Assembly (NCBI GenBank): GCA_030765145.1
Contig: JAVCDA010000082.1
Span: 27,152 to 91,151, forward strand
Direction: 5' to 3'
DNA: 64,000 bases
Origin: Candidatus Saelkia tenebricola
GTDB lineage: Bacteria > Omnitrophota > Gorgyraeia > Kaelpiales > Kaelpiaceae
Of the stretch, positions 1 to 9,740 are shown in pieces. A program made the position numbers and the translations under genes. The notes under the pieces were generated by a model. The model saw only the letters and a list, made by a program, of their open reading frames with translations. It had not been told where the DNA came from and made no database searches. How positions within the stretch are numbered: the stretch's first letter is position 1; each line of letters starts with the position of its first letter.

Positions 1-44
1 AACAATTAACAGAAAAGAAATAACTATTACCCTTGTTACCCCCA

Positions 45-263
45 TCAGTTCAAACTTCTAGTCAGTCTAATTTTTATTGTTAAAAGCTCCTCATAAACCT
101 GATCAAGCTTCTTAAGCACTTGCTCTTGTTTTAAAATAAGACCGTCTATTTTGTCTCCCAGAGTAAGCTTGCCAGCTGCTACTGCAGTACCGGTTAAATT
201 ATAGAAAACACCAATCATGAATATAACCGCTAATATGAACAATATAACTTTAAATTTTCTCAT
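45..263 (-). CDS. small hypothetical membrane/secreted protein with C-terminal coiled coil
   Basis: 72 aa ORF with N-terminal hydrophobic helix, GGAGG SD upstream, overlapping the GH57 stop. Confidence 0.7.
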   Translation of the reverse strand: MRKFKVILFILAVIFMIGVFYNLTGTAVAAGKLTLGDKIDGLILKQEQVLKKLDQVYEELLTIKIRLTRSLN

Positions 264-1863
264 TCGCTATAACCTCCTTTTTTTCGGAGTACATTCTGAA
301 GTTTATATTAGGGAAAATATTGTCTTTTTGCTCCACGAATTCTAAATATTTCTCATCTATGTGACCTTGCGTTACCTGCTGCCAAAGCCGGGAAAATCTA
401 GAAAGATGTTCTGTTATTCTTTTTTCGGCGTAGTCAACATGAGTTCCTGTCTTCATAATAAACGCCCAATCGCTGGATTGAGCAAGCAAAAGCTCTCTAG
501 CCATCTGATTCAGAGCCCTTTCCATTACCCCATAAGCATTTTGATTGCCAGCCACTATATCTACCATTCTATCAGCTGCCTTGTGTAAATGCCTATAAAC
601 CCAATCATTTGCTCCATTGAGCCAAAATTCGCTGTACCCTTTCCAACCCCAGCTGGAAAATGACGGTGTGATAACCTGATTTTTAGGATATCTTTTTAAA
701 TAATCCCCCGGAGTTATAAGTGTAACGGTATTCTGATCAAAATGTATTTTCTTAATCAAAAATTCCAGAAATTGCGGACCTTCAAACCACCAATGTCCGA
801 ACAACTCTGCATCATAAGGGGCTAACACCATTGGTTCTCTATCCATTTTCGAGGATAAAAACTCTATTTGCTTTTCTCTGTTAAACATAAAATTTCCAGC
901 ATGAGATGCAGTTTTTTCACGCGCTTTATTAAAATCATAGGGCTGTTTATGAGGAGTCTTTCCTGTTATACGATAATATTTAATACCTGTATTACACCTG
1001 GTGCCATCGGAATTTATATAAGGTTTTATATAGTCATAATCTAAGTCGTATCCTATATCTCTGTAAAACTCTCGGTAATCATGATCTCCAGGATAACCCT
1101 GCACCGCACTCCAAACAGATTTAGAGCTTTCTATATCCCTTCCGAAACAAGCTACACCGGATTTACAAAAATATCCGGAATAAACTCCATAGCGAGGCCT
1201 GGGTGTTGCAAAAAGAACTCCATGTGTATCGAGAATAAAATATCTTATACCTTCCTCTTTCAATATCAAATCATCGCCCGGATTATAACCGCACTCTGGA
1301 AGCCATATCCCCTGAGGAGACCTGTCGAATATTTCGCGATAAGTTTCAACCCCCGTCCTTACCTGAGCTCTAACTGATGCACGGTTTTTCATTAAAGGCA
1401 AAAATCCATGCGTAGCCCCGCAAGTTATAATTTCAAGATACCCTTTATCCTGAAATTCTTTAAAAGCACGTAAAATATTTTTTTGGTATTTATTTAAAAA
1501 CACTTCTTTAGCTCTTATAAACTGACCATAATACTCTTTTGCTAAACTATTAAATTCCGGCATAAATCTTGTCCTATCAACCTCTTTTTGAGCAAGCTCA
1601 ATCAATTTATCTAAATGACGTAAATATCTATCCTGCAGTAATTCATCTCTAAGCATGCTTGCTAAAGTAGGAGTGATTGACATTGTAATCCTAAAACTTA
1701 CTCCTTCATTTACAAGATTCTGAAACATCTCAATCAAAGGGATATATGTTTCAGTAATAGCTTCGTATAGCCAGCGTTCTTCTAAAAACTCATCATACTC
1801 CGGGTGTCTTACAAAAGGTAAATGAGCATGTAGAACAATCGAAAGATATCCTTTTTTCTGCAT
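250..1863 (-). CDS. GH57 family 1,4-alpha-glucan branching enzyme (DUF1957)
   Basis: HAHLPFVRH, GIWLPECG, PYDAELFGHWWFEGP and ARELLLAQSSDWAF motifs. Confidence 0.93.
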   Translation of the reverse strand: MQKKGYLSIVLHAHLPFVRHPEYDEFLEERWLYEAITETYIPLIEMFQNLVNEGVSFRITMSITPTLASMLRDELLQDRYLRHLDKLIELAQKEVDRTRFMPEFNSLAKEYYGQFIRAKEVFLNKYQKNILRAFKEFQDKGYLEIITCGATHGFLPLMKNRASVRAQVRTGVETYREIFDRSPQGIWLPECGYNPGDDLILKEEGIRYFILDTHGVLFATPRPRYGVYSGYFCKSGVACFGRDIESSKSVWSAVQGYPGDHDYREFYRDIGYDLDYDYIKPYINSDGTRCNTGIKYYRITGKTPHKQPYDFNKAREKTASHAGNFMFNREKQIEFLSSKMDREPMVLAPYDAELFGHWWFEGPQFLEFLIKKIHFDQNTVTLITPGDYLKRYPKNQVITPSFSSWGWKGYSEFWLNGANDWVYRHLHKAADRMVDIVAGNQNAYGVMERALNQMARELLLAQSSDWAFIMKTGTHVDYAEKRITEHLSRFSRLWQQVTQGHIDEKYLEFVEQKDNIFPNINFRMYSEKKEVIANEKI

Positions 1864-3087
1864 TTATGCCTCTTTGGTTGTACTTCTGTTAACTTTAATA
1901 TCAATTTTTCTTTTATCCACACCATCACTAGATGTAGCATAAATTGGTATATCTTGTGAACCATCAGGAAGAGCAAATCGTAAACTAAAACTTCCATCAG
2001 AATTCAATTTTACAACTTCACCCCGTACAGTTACTTTTGCATCCGGTTTTGTAGCTCCGTAAATTATCAGTTCTGCATCTGCAACGAGCCAAAATCCTCT
2101 TCTGCTTTCTTCCTGCTGCATCCAACTAGAAATGCTACCTGAAAATCCTGAGGAAATAATTTCTTCAAACCGTTTTTTAAACAACTCTTGTATCTCCTGA
2201 GATCCTTTACCTATTCCATATCCACCTGCAAGACCAAACATTTTCCAGTACTCTTCTTCTGAAATCATCCACTCTTCATCCGTAATATCCGACATACCAT
2301 AACGAGGAGTTGCAACTGTATTAGAACGAATTAAGGAGTAGAATTTACCCTTTAATGTTCTTAATCCTATTTCAGCACAAAAACTCCTCCCAGGCTGATT
2401 TACATGAAGATACCAATTCTTAATAAAAGGGGCCAATTCAATATCAAAGAAGCTGTTAGCATTATTTCCATTAAAATCTGCAATATCAGTAATATCATAA
2501 ACTCTCAAAACTTCCTTTGCCATTTTATCTGAAACCTGAGACCTAACATAATCCCATCTTTCAGATGTAATCTCCCAGTAACCATACAACCACCAGGGGT
2601 CTCTGACCAAAAGAACAAAACCATCTTCTTCATACCTTTGAGGAATTTCTATTACTTCTTGACTTTGAACAGCTACACTTTGCGTTTGAGACTCTGGAGA
2701 ATGCTTCCCAGAACCCGTATCAAATTTAGTGGCTTCTACATACTCCTGCTCAAAAACAATAGCAGCTTTATCGACAGATTTCTTTTTGCGAACAACAGGT
2801 TTTTTCTTCAAGATAGATATTTTAGATTTTGTTTTAGCTTTGGTTTTAGTTTTAGCTTCTGCTGTAATTTTAGTTTTAACTTTTGCTTTATTACTACCAG
2901 ATTTCGCTATAGTTTTTTTAACTGTAGAAACCTTTTTTTTATCTGCCTTTTTGACAGATTTAAGAAGCACACTTATCAGTTCTTCTTTTTTCATACCGGT
3001 TGTTTTTGAAATACGTTCCTTTTTGGCTAAGGCTAAAAGATCTTCTTTTTTTAATTTCTGAAGTTCTTTTTTATCCATTTTAAACAC
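1864..3087 (-). CDS. DUF4912 domain protein with Rho-N-terminal-like domain and Lys-rich linker
   Basis: N-terminal LKKEDLLALAK..MKKEELI; LLVRDPWWLYGYWEI; RSNTVATP; FWLVADAELIIYGATKP; usual partner of GH57. Confidence 0.88.
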   Translation of the reverse strand: MFKMDKKELQKLKKEDLLALAKKERISKTTGMKKEELISVLLKSVKKADKKKVSTVKKTIAKSGSNKAKVKTKITAEAKTKTKAKTKSKISILKKKPVVRKKKSVDKAAIVFEQEYVEATKFDTGSGKHSPESQTQSVAVQSQEVIEIPQRYEEDGFVLLVRDPWWLYGYWEITSERWDYVRSQVSDKMAKEVLRVYDITDIADFNGNNANSFFDIELAPFIKNWYLHVNQPGRSFCAEIGLRTLKGKFYSLIRSNTVATPRYGMSDITDEEWMISEEEYWKMFGLAGGYGIGKGSQEIQELFKKRFEEIISSGFSGSISSWMQQEESRRGFWLVADAELIIYGATKPDAKVTVRGEVVKLNSDGSFSLRFALPDGSQDIPIYATSSDGVDKRKIDIKVNRSTTKEA

Positions 3088-3090
3088 CTC

Positions 3091-4101
3091 CTATATCCTT
3101 AAATCTTTTAAGATATCTCTATCTTTAGATTTGGTTTTTAAGATTGATTCTCCATTCCTCGATACAACTTTAATATCCACTTGTTCTATATTACCTACTT
3201 TACAGTAAGAAACAACTATTTCAGATAAATTTAGTATTCTATCTTCAAAACCAATTCCCACCGCAAGAGCTGATGGCCCAGGGATATTTAAAGGCATTAA
3301 AAATACATCTAAATCCTTATTGAAAAACTGCTCTAAATTATTATTTTCTGTTTCATCTCTACCTACTATAAATTTTAAACTCTCTGACATCCTAAAATGT
3401 CTTCCTAATTTAAGTAAAGATATGTCCCGAAGAGTAAAATCAGGTTTGTATTCCATCAAATCTTTTAACCGCCTGCTAAACCCAGGGTCTGTAAGCAAAC
3501 ACCCTCCACTAGGGGTAGGATAATCAACTATTTCGTACTCAGATGCCAGCTCCATCTGTTTCTTCCTAGAGCGACCCTGAATACTAAAGAGTTTATCTCT
3601 ATCAACCCAGCCTTCTTTTTCAGGATGAGTTTCAGGCATCAGTTTTGCAGAAAGCGGACGTAAAATACTGCCTTCAAGATCAGACTCTTTTTCTATCAAA
3701 TCTAGCGCTCCCCTATTCTGCGACATCGGCCTTTCACCCAATACTTCGCCCGTTACTAAGTATGCCGCATTAAATTTTGACATATATTTTTTGGCCTCTT
3801 TAAACATAAAAACTTTACAATCTATACATGGATTCATGTTTTTACCATATCCATGCTTAGGATTTTTTAAAATAGGTAAATAATCCTCTTTGACTTCTAT
3901 AATACGAAGCACACTATTAAACACTTCAGCTGTAATTTGTCCTAACTTTGACTTCATTTTACATTCTAAATCTTTATCTATGCAAGTGCAAAATGGTATA
4001 TGGAAATAAATTATCTCCAACGGAACCCCTGCATTATGAAGAACTTTCCCCGCCAGAATTGAATCTAACCCGGATATAAGTAGCAAACCTTTTTCTTTCA
4101 T
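3091..4101 (-). CDS. ThiI-family PP-loop tRNA sulfurtransferase-like protein (DUF814-associated type)
   Basis: SGLDS PP-loop, NPCIDCK, TGEVLGERPMSQ, PSGGCLLTDP, GRHFR and VGRDE motifs. Confidence 0.8.
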   Translation of the reverse strand: MKEKGLLLISGLDSILAGKVLHNAGVPLEIIYFHIPFCTCIDKDLECKMKSKLGQITAEVFNSVLRIIEVKEDYLPILKNPKHGYGKNMNPCIDCKVFMFKEAKKYMSKFNAAYLVTGEVLGERPMSQNRGALDLIEKESDLEGSILRPLSAKLMPETHPEKEGWVDRDKLFSIQGRSRKKQMELASEYEIVDYPTPSGGCLLTDPGFSRRLKDLMEYKPDFTLRDISLLKLGRHFRMSESLKFIVGRDETENNNLEQFFNKDLDVFLMPLNIPGPSALAVGIGFEDRILNLSEIVVSYCKVGNIEQVDIKVVSRNGESILKTKSKDRDILKDLRI

Positions 4102-4136
4102 AGAGTTATTTTAGATTGAAACCTCCAAAAAGAACA

Positions 4137-4706
4137 CTATTTTATCTGAAGCTTTTTGTTGAGATTCACTTCCACATATTCAGACAAAACTTCTTGAACT
4201 TTGGCTGGAGGCAATATAACAAAATAATGGCTAACAATCACCTGAGCCATTTCATGAGCCAAAATACCCGGCTTTAAGCCTTCCTTGGTAATATATATCG
4301 TATTTTCCTCATTATGATAAAACGACTCTGTCTCAAGCTCTTGATCAAATCGCTCCGAAAACACTTTTTCTAATTCCTCTTTATTAGAGCAAATCTTTAT
4401 ATCACCGTGGTAACTGTAAAGATGTATGTCTAAAATATCCGATACCTCAGTAAAAAGATCATCTACATTTTCAGCCAAAATATCTTCCGGATCACCGCCC
4501 GGAACTATAGATTTGTTTGCATCTTGATAGAGATAAAAAACACCTCCAATTTGAATATCATAGGCAATACCCAGGGGATCTACCCCATCTTGATAGTATA
4601 TGGTGAAATAATCGCTATCACATCTATGAGGAAAATCCATAGGGTAGGCACGGCATAGAGGAGTTAAAAAAAACAACGGCAAAACTAAAAGCGTTATTTT
4701 CCTCAT
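4137..4706 (-). CDS. secreted hypothetical protein, zincin-like with degenerate HExxH (HEMAQ)
   Basis: signal peptide; ILAHEMAQ..QEVLS pattern. Confidence 0.7.
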   Translation of the reverse strand: MRKITLLVLPLFFLTPLCRAYPMDFPHRCDSDYFTIYYQDGVDPLGIAYDIQIGGVFYLYQDANKSIVPGGDPEDILAENVDDLFTEVSDILDIHLYSYHGDIKICSNKEELEKVFSERFDQELETESFYHNEENTIYITKEGLKPGILAHEMAQVIVSHYFVILPPAKVQEVLSEYVEVNLNKKLQIK

Positions 4707-4718
4707 GAAAACTTAAAG

Positions 4719-5279
4719 TTAGACATTAAAACGGCTGAGATTCTCTTTTATTTTTTTAACTTTCTCTTCTAGCACATCTTGCCCATCTTGACTTAAATCA
4801 CCCTTAGAAATCACATCTTCAAGTTCATCAAGACTGGATTTAAGTTCTGTAATATAAAATCTCAGTTTTGCTTTCATGCGCCTCAGAGAATCAGCGATAT
4901 TTTGCAGCTGATCTTTACCTCTAAGTTTAAAATCCGAACTTAAATCACCTTCTTCAATCATTTCAAACTCCTTTTTCAACCTGTACAAAGGCCCGGCAAT
5001 TTTGTGAGAAATAAAGAGAGTAAGCATGATTGAAAAAAAACTAATTAGAACAGTTACAATGATTACAGTCTGAATAAGTATCGGTCTAATAAAATCCGCA
5101 GTTGTCTTAACTACTGCTTTTGTGTTCTCAAACCCAACAGTTGTCGTACGCGATGCCGTAATATAAAGCAATGATACAGTAATCAAAGAACCTACAATTA
5201 CAAGTAAACAAAATTTGACTATAAACTGAGTCTGAAATTTTTTGTCTATGAAATAGATACGCCTCTTGTTACCTGCCAT
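4719..5279 (-). CDS. two-TM HAMP-domain protein (MCP-like fragment)
   Basis: ISHKIAGPLYRL..GDLS..LRGKDQL HAMP motif; GGAGGTG SD supports the ATG at 5279. Confidence 0.8.
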   Translation of the reverse strand: MAGNKRRIYFIDKKFQTQFIVKFCLLVIVGSLITVSLLYITASRTTTVGFENTKAVVKTTADFIRPILIQTVIIVTVLISFFSIMLTLFISHKIAGPLYRLKKEFEMIEEGDLSSDFKLRGKDQLQNIADSLRRMKAKLRFYITELKSSLDELEDVISKGDLSQDGQDVLEEKVKKIKENLSRFNV

Positions 5280-5415
5280 ATCAACACCTCCCAATGAACA
5301 TTAGACATTATTCGTTTGCGAACTATCCCCTCTGATTCGCAAAGCAAACCAAATATACGGGGATACATTACCATTATCCCCATCAGGGATTACCGCATAA
5401 TCAATAAGCATATTG

Positions 5416-5973
5416 CTATTTGTTCAACAATAACTCTTGATCAATATTGATTACTGATTCCTCTCTAACCTCTTGAAGCCAGTCGTTTAAAACTTGGGCC
5501 TGCTTTTTACGCAATATCTGCCACTGAATCTGACTATAGGTTTCAGTCAAAGGCTTATCGCTAAGACCTTCTGCGATCATCTGATTATATTTATCGTTAA
5601 TTTCCTGTTCACTAACTTTAACCCGAGATGCAAGTTCTTTAGATTTTAAATCAATAATAAGTTTAAAAAGCAGCTGTTCATAGTAATGCTGAAGAGAATT
5701 CAAAAATTCTTTGCTCTTATGCAATCCTACCTTCTCGGCCTCTTGCAATACAAGCTTTTTGCTCACCAACGCTTCTAACACCCCTTCTCTCACATCAACA
5801 TTATCTTCTCGGCCCACATTCATCTCTTGGAAATAGTCCTCGAACTCTTCTTTCGTCATAGTAAAATTGTTGATTTGCATAGCAAATTCTTCCTTAACAA
5901 AATAACCCTTGCCAAGATAAAACCCGACAACCAAAACCACTAAAACCAGCATAATGATAATTATATTCTTCAT
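5416..5973 (-). CDS. SurA N-terminal-domain / PrsA-like membrane-anchored chaperone
   Basis: N-terminal TM; INNFTMTKEEF, LVSKKLVLQEAEKVGL, VKVSEQEI, WLQEVREES; ATG at 5973 chosen over upstream TTG. Confidence 0.75.
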   Translation of the reverse strand: MKNIIIIMLVLVVLVVGFYLGKGYFVKEEFAMQINNFTMTKEEFEDYFQEMNVGREDNVDVREGVLEALVSKKLVLQEAEKVGLHKSKEFLNSLQHYYEQLLFKLIIDLKSKELASRVKVSEQEINDKYNQMIAEGLSDKPLTETYSQIQWQILRKKQAQVLNDWLQEVREESVINIDQELLLNK

Positions 5974-6093
5974 TTTACCCATCCTTTTTCTTTTCAATAT
6001 ATAGCTTTTTATTGACTTTTACCACTAAAAAACATCTGGTCAAATCTCCAACACTTATATATACTTAGATGCTCGATTATAATTTACTATTTG

Positions 6094-6122
6094 TTGACTT
6101 CAAGAAACATTTATTGTAAATT
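6094..6122 (+). promoter_or_regulatory. sigma70-type promoter for tRNA-Ala/nfeD operon
   Basis: TTGACT-17 bp-TAAATT ending 10 bp before the tRNA. Confidence 0.6.
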
Positions 6123-6132
6123 TTAAACAATC

Positions 6133-6204
6133 GGGGCTGTAGCTCAGTGGGAGAGCACTACGCTGGCAGCGTAGTGGCCGAGGGTTCGAATCCCTCCAGC
6201 TCCA
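6133..6204 (+). tRNA. tRNA-Ala(GGC)
   Basis: cloverleaf GGGGCTG/CAGCTCC with G3:U70, anticodon loop CTGGCAG, GTTCGAATC T-loop; CCA not encoded. Confidence 0.96.
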
Positions 6205-6215
6205 TAAAAAAAGAT

Positions 6216-7613
6216 ATGAAAAAAATCGGCTTTCTTCTTTTAGCTATTCTATCTCTCTTTGGTTCTAATTTATTTGCCGAAGAGATTTTAATCCTTCCTA
6301 TTCAGGGTGTAATTGATTTAGGTCTTTCCACATTCGTTAAAAGAGCAATTAAAGATGCAGAGGCTCAAAATATTTCAACAATAATATTAGAGATGGATAC
6401 TCCCGGGGGCAGAGTCGATGCAGCGGATATTATCTGTGAGGCTTTATTAGAATTCAAAGGTAAAACCGTAACTTTCATATTAAACCAAGCCTGGTCTGCA
6501 GGGAGTATGATTTCTTTTGCAACTGATGAGATTATAATGCGTCCGGCATCAAGTATCGGTTCTGCCGAGCCAAGAATGGGCTTATCAAACCAGGAAATTA
6601 AAGATGAAAAAATAGTCTCCGCTTTAAGAGCACGGTTTAAAGCGATTGCCGAGGAAAAAAACCACAACCCCGCATTAGCTCAGGCAATGGTAGATAAGGA
6701 TTTGGTTGTAAAACAGGTTTTAGTTAAAAATAAAGAATTCATCCTTACACAGCAAGATATGGATGAAATCATGGCAAGGAAAGGAAAAAGAAATATTAAA
6801 ATAATTTCAGTTATATCTGAGGAAGGAAAGCTTCTGAATTTAACTGCGAAAGACAGCCAAAAATACGGCTTATCTAAAGCGATTTGCCAGGATAGAGAAA
6901 CAATGCTGGCTTATTTAGAAAAAGAAGGTGCAAAATTAATCGAAAAAAGTCCAACCTGGTCAGAAAATATTGTTCGACTTATAACCCACCCTGTAGCTTC
7001 ATCGCTACTTTTAGGAATCGGGTTCTGGGCAATTATTTTAGCACTACGAATTCCCGGTTTAGGGCTTCCTGAAATCGTAGGCGTTTCATTTATTTTGCTT
7101 TTTTTCTGGGGACATAAACTTGCAGGATTAGCCCAATGGCTGGATTTATTCTTAATCATGATAGGAGTGATACTTATTTTCATTGAAATATTTGTTCTGC
7201 CCGGCTTTGGTATTACAGGAGGCTTAGGCATAACATGCCTTTTAGGCGGAATCATCCTAATTATGGTAAGGCATCCTATTTATCCTCCAATACAGGAGCT
7301 AAACAACGCAGGGAAAATTCTTTTTTCATCGTTTATCATTACAGCAATACTATTTTTAATGAGCTTTAAATTTCTTTCCAAATCAAAAGCATGGAAAAAT
7401 ATAGTTCTGGAACACAGAAGTGAAGCTAAGTTAGAACCTCAAGAAGTCACAGAAGATAGTGGCGTTGCGATTTCTGATTTACATCCTGCAGGAAAAGCTC
7501 AATTCGGAAATAAAATTTATGACGTCCAAACAGATGGAGAATATATTGATAGTGGAAAAAAAATAAAGATAATATCACATTTTGGTAATATAATAAAAGT
7601 GAGGCAATCATGA
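6216..7613 (+). CDS. nfeD: NfeD long form (ClpP-like serine protease domain + TM + OB fold)
   Basis: MDTPGG, AWSAGS, SSIGSAEP, FVLPGFG, LHPAGKA; start moved to the ATG at 6216 because the longer ORF overlaps the tRNA. Confidence 0.9.
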   Translation: MKKIGFLLLAILSLFGSNLFAEEILILPIQGVIDLGLSTFVKRAIKDAEAQNISTIILEMDTPGGRVDAADIICEALLEFKGKTVTFILNQAWSAGSMISFATDEIIMRPASSIGSAEPRMGLSNQEIKDEKIVSALRARFKAIAEEKNHNPALAQAMVDKDLVVKQVLVKNKEFILTQQDMDEIMARKGKRNIKIISVISEEGKLLNLTAKDSQKYGLSKAICQDRETMLAYLEKEGAKLIEKSPTWSENIVRLITHPVASSLLLGIGFWAIILALRIPGLGLPEIVGVSFILLFFWGHKLAGLAQWLDLFLIMIGVILIFIEIFVLPGFGITGGLGITCLLGGIILIMVRHPIYPPIQELNNAGKILFSSFIITAILFLMSFKFLSKSKAWKNIVLEHRSEAKLEPQEVTEDSGVAISDLHPAGKAQFGNKIYDVQTDGEYIDSGKKIKIISHFGNIIKVRQS

Positions 7614-8113
7614 CTATTTTAAGCGATATTTTCTCGATAATTTTAGGGCTACTAGGAGCAATATTTTTCTTTGCTATGGAATTGTTCGTAATCCCGGGTT
7701 TTGGAGTTATGGGGGTTTTGGGTGTTATTTTAATTGCAGCCACAACTTTTACAGCTTACAAAAATTTTGGCATTGAAGCAGGTTTTTATACTATTTTGGC
7801 CGGACTTTTACTCACCGGATTGGCATTTTATTATTTTACTAAAAAGAAACTATTTAAAAGAGCAACCCTTCAATATAGATTATCTAAAGAAGACGGATTT
7901 GCCATCAGGCAGCTCTTGCTTGAAGAATACATGGACAAAGAAGGCATAGCTTTAACAACCTTAAGACCTATCGGTATCGTTAAAATAGAGGATGAGAGAT
8001 TAGACGCAGTAGTTGAAGGATCTCTCTTTATAAAGAAAGATACTAAAGTCAAAGTTACAGACATTGACGGCAATAAACTAGTAGTTAAAAACTTAGAGGA
8101 GGTGGGAAAATGA
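7610..8113 (+). CDS. NfeD-family short protein (YqeZ C-terminal-like)
   Basis: [32 protein letters not shown]. Confidence 0.85.
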   Translation: MTILSDIFSIILGLLGAIFFFAMELFVIPGFGVMGVLGVILIAATTFTAYKNFGIEAGFYTILAGLLLTGLAFYYFTKKKLFKRATLQYRLSKEDGFAIRQLLLEEYMDKEGIALTTLRPIGIVKIEDERLDAVVEGSLFIKKDTKVKVTDIDGNKLVVKNLEEVGK

Positions 8114-9099
8114 GTATGTTCATATTGTTTTTAATCATCTTTGGCGGTTTTTTCTTATTCGGATATTTAATTCCGGTAAGATTATGGATTGCAGCATTAG
8201 CAGCGGGAGTCAAAATCGGACTTTTCTCTCTTATCGGAATGAGGCTTAGGAAAGTCGACCCTAATACAATTGTACCTTCTTTGATTATGACTTATAAAGC
8301 AGGGCTTTCGGTAAACTCCAATCAGATGGAAGCTCATTTTTTAGCAGGCGGAAAGGTTTTAAATGTAATAAAAGCTCTTATTTCAGCAGATAAAGCAAAT
8401 ATCCCTTTGAGCTTTGAAAGAGCAGCTGCAATTGATTTAGCAGGAAGAGATGTTTTAGATGCTGTAAAAACATCTGTTAATCCTAAAGTAATCGACGCAC
8501 CAAAAGAAAACATGATTGCAGCAGTTGCAAAAGACGGAATCCAGGTGCTTGCCAAAGCACGGGTAACAGTGCGAGCTAATTTAGAAAGACTGGTTGGAGG
8601 AGCTACTGAAGAAACAATTATAGCAAGGGTTGGAGAAGGAATTGTTACAACAATCGGCTCATCTGCATCTTATAAGAATGTGCTTGAAAATCCGGATTCT
8701 ATTTCCAAAACTGTTTTAGGTAAAGGCTTGGATGCAGGAACTGCTTTTGAAATTTTATCAATTGATATTGCAGATATTGATATCGGTAAAAATATCGGCG
8801 CTCAACTGCAAACCGACCAGGCAGATGCTGATTTAAAGGTTGCTCAAGCTAAAGCAGAAACCCGACGTGCAATGGCCGTAGCGCAGGAACAGGAGATGAA
8901 AGCCCGCGTACAGGAGATGCAAGCAAAAGTTGTCGAAGCAGAAGCTCAAGTTCCTCTGGCAATAGCAGAAGCATTTAAAGCCGGAAATCTAGGGGTGTTT
9001 GACTATTATAAACTAAACAATATTCAGTCTGACACTAAAATGAGAACAAATATCGCAACCGATATAAAGCCGGAAGAAAAAGATAATAAAAAAATCTGA
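8110..9099 (+). CDS. floA: flotillin-like protein FloA (YqfA/UPF0365)
   Basis: [51 protein letters not shown]. Confidence 0.95.
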   Translation: MSMFILFLIIFGGFFLFGYLIPVRLWIAALAAGVKIGLFSLIGMRLRKVDPNTIVPSLIMTYKAGLSVNSNQMEAHFLAGGKVLNVIKALISADKANIPLSFERAAAIDLAGRDVLDAVKTSVNPKVIDAPKENMIAAVAKDGIQVLAKARVTVRANLERLVGGATEETIIARVGEGIVTTIGSSASYKNVLENPDSISKTVLGKGLDAGTAFEILSIDIADIDIGKNIGAQLQTDQADADLKVAQAKAETRRAMAVAQEQEMKARVQEMQAKVVEAEAQVPLAIAEAFKAGNLGVFDYYKLNNIQSDTKMRTNIATDIKPEEKDNKKI

Positions 9100-9458
9100 T
9101 GGACTTACTGATATTACTTTTTATAATTCTGTTCTGGGTTATAAGTCTGGTTTCTAAAATAAAAAAGAACCCGGAGCAAAATCAACTTGGAATACCGGAA
9201 GGATTCCCGATATTCCAGACCCCAATAAAACCGATTTTCATTGAACATACAAAAGTAGAATCTCACAAACAAGAATCTAAAACCACTCAAGAACTGAAAG
9301 AAAAAAAAATGGTAAAAAAAGAGGAAGCAATTTTAATCAAAGAAGTTAATGCAATTCATGCTAGAACAAACTTACAAGATATGTTAAAATTCGGGTCCTC
9401 TTTGAAAAAGGCAGTTGTTTTATCAGAAATACTGGACAAACCAGTTTCTTTACGTTAA
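9099..9458 (+). CDS. YqfB-like hypothetical protein
   Basis: N-terminal TM and C-terminal LKKAVVLSEILDKPVSLR, typical downstream of floA. Confidence 0.75.
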   Translation: MDLLILLFIILFWVISLVSKIKKNPEQNQLGIPEGFPIFQTPIKPIFIEHTKVESHKQESKTTQELKEKKMVKKEEAILIKEVNAIHARTNLQDMLKFGSSLKKAVVLSEILDKPVSLR

Positions 9459-9463
9459 TTCAA

Positions 9464-9546
9464 GCCAGGGTGGCGGAATGGCAGACGCGCGTGATTCAAA
9501 ATCACGTCTCCGTAAGGGGGTGCGGGTTCAAGTCCCGCCTCTGGCA
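9464..9546 (+). tRNA. tRNA-Leu(CAA)
   Basis: GCCAGGG/CTCTGGC acceptor, anticodon loop TTCAAAA, long variable arm, GTTCAAGTC. Confidence 0.95.
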
Positions 9547-9561
9547 AATAAATTGTCCTCG

Positions 9562-9597
9562 AAATAAAAAGACCAGATTTAATCTGGTCTATTTTTT
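9562..9597 (+). terminator. intrinsic (probably bidirectional) terminator
   Basis: AGACCAGATT-T-AATCTGGTCT inverted repeat with A-run before and T-run after, between convergent units. Confidence 0.7.
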
Positions 9598-9740
9598 AAT
9601 TTACCCCCCCACCAATGGCCAAACCCTCTATGTTATATATCGCACATTTTTAATACTTTGTCAAATCTATATAAATTTTTTACTAATCAATGTTACAAAA
9701 GATAAACTATTGGCTATAAAAGAGTTAAATTCTGATATTC

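Noticed and set aside
6147-6215. N-terminal extension of the NfeD ORF
   Set aside because: It overlaps tRNA-Ala, and the signal peptide begins at the ATG at 6216.
9604-9614. CCCCCCCACCA resembling a tRNA 3'-end/att scar
   Set aside because: Too short, does not match the neighbouring tRNAs and has no T-arm.
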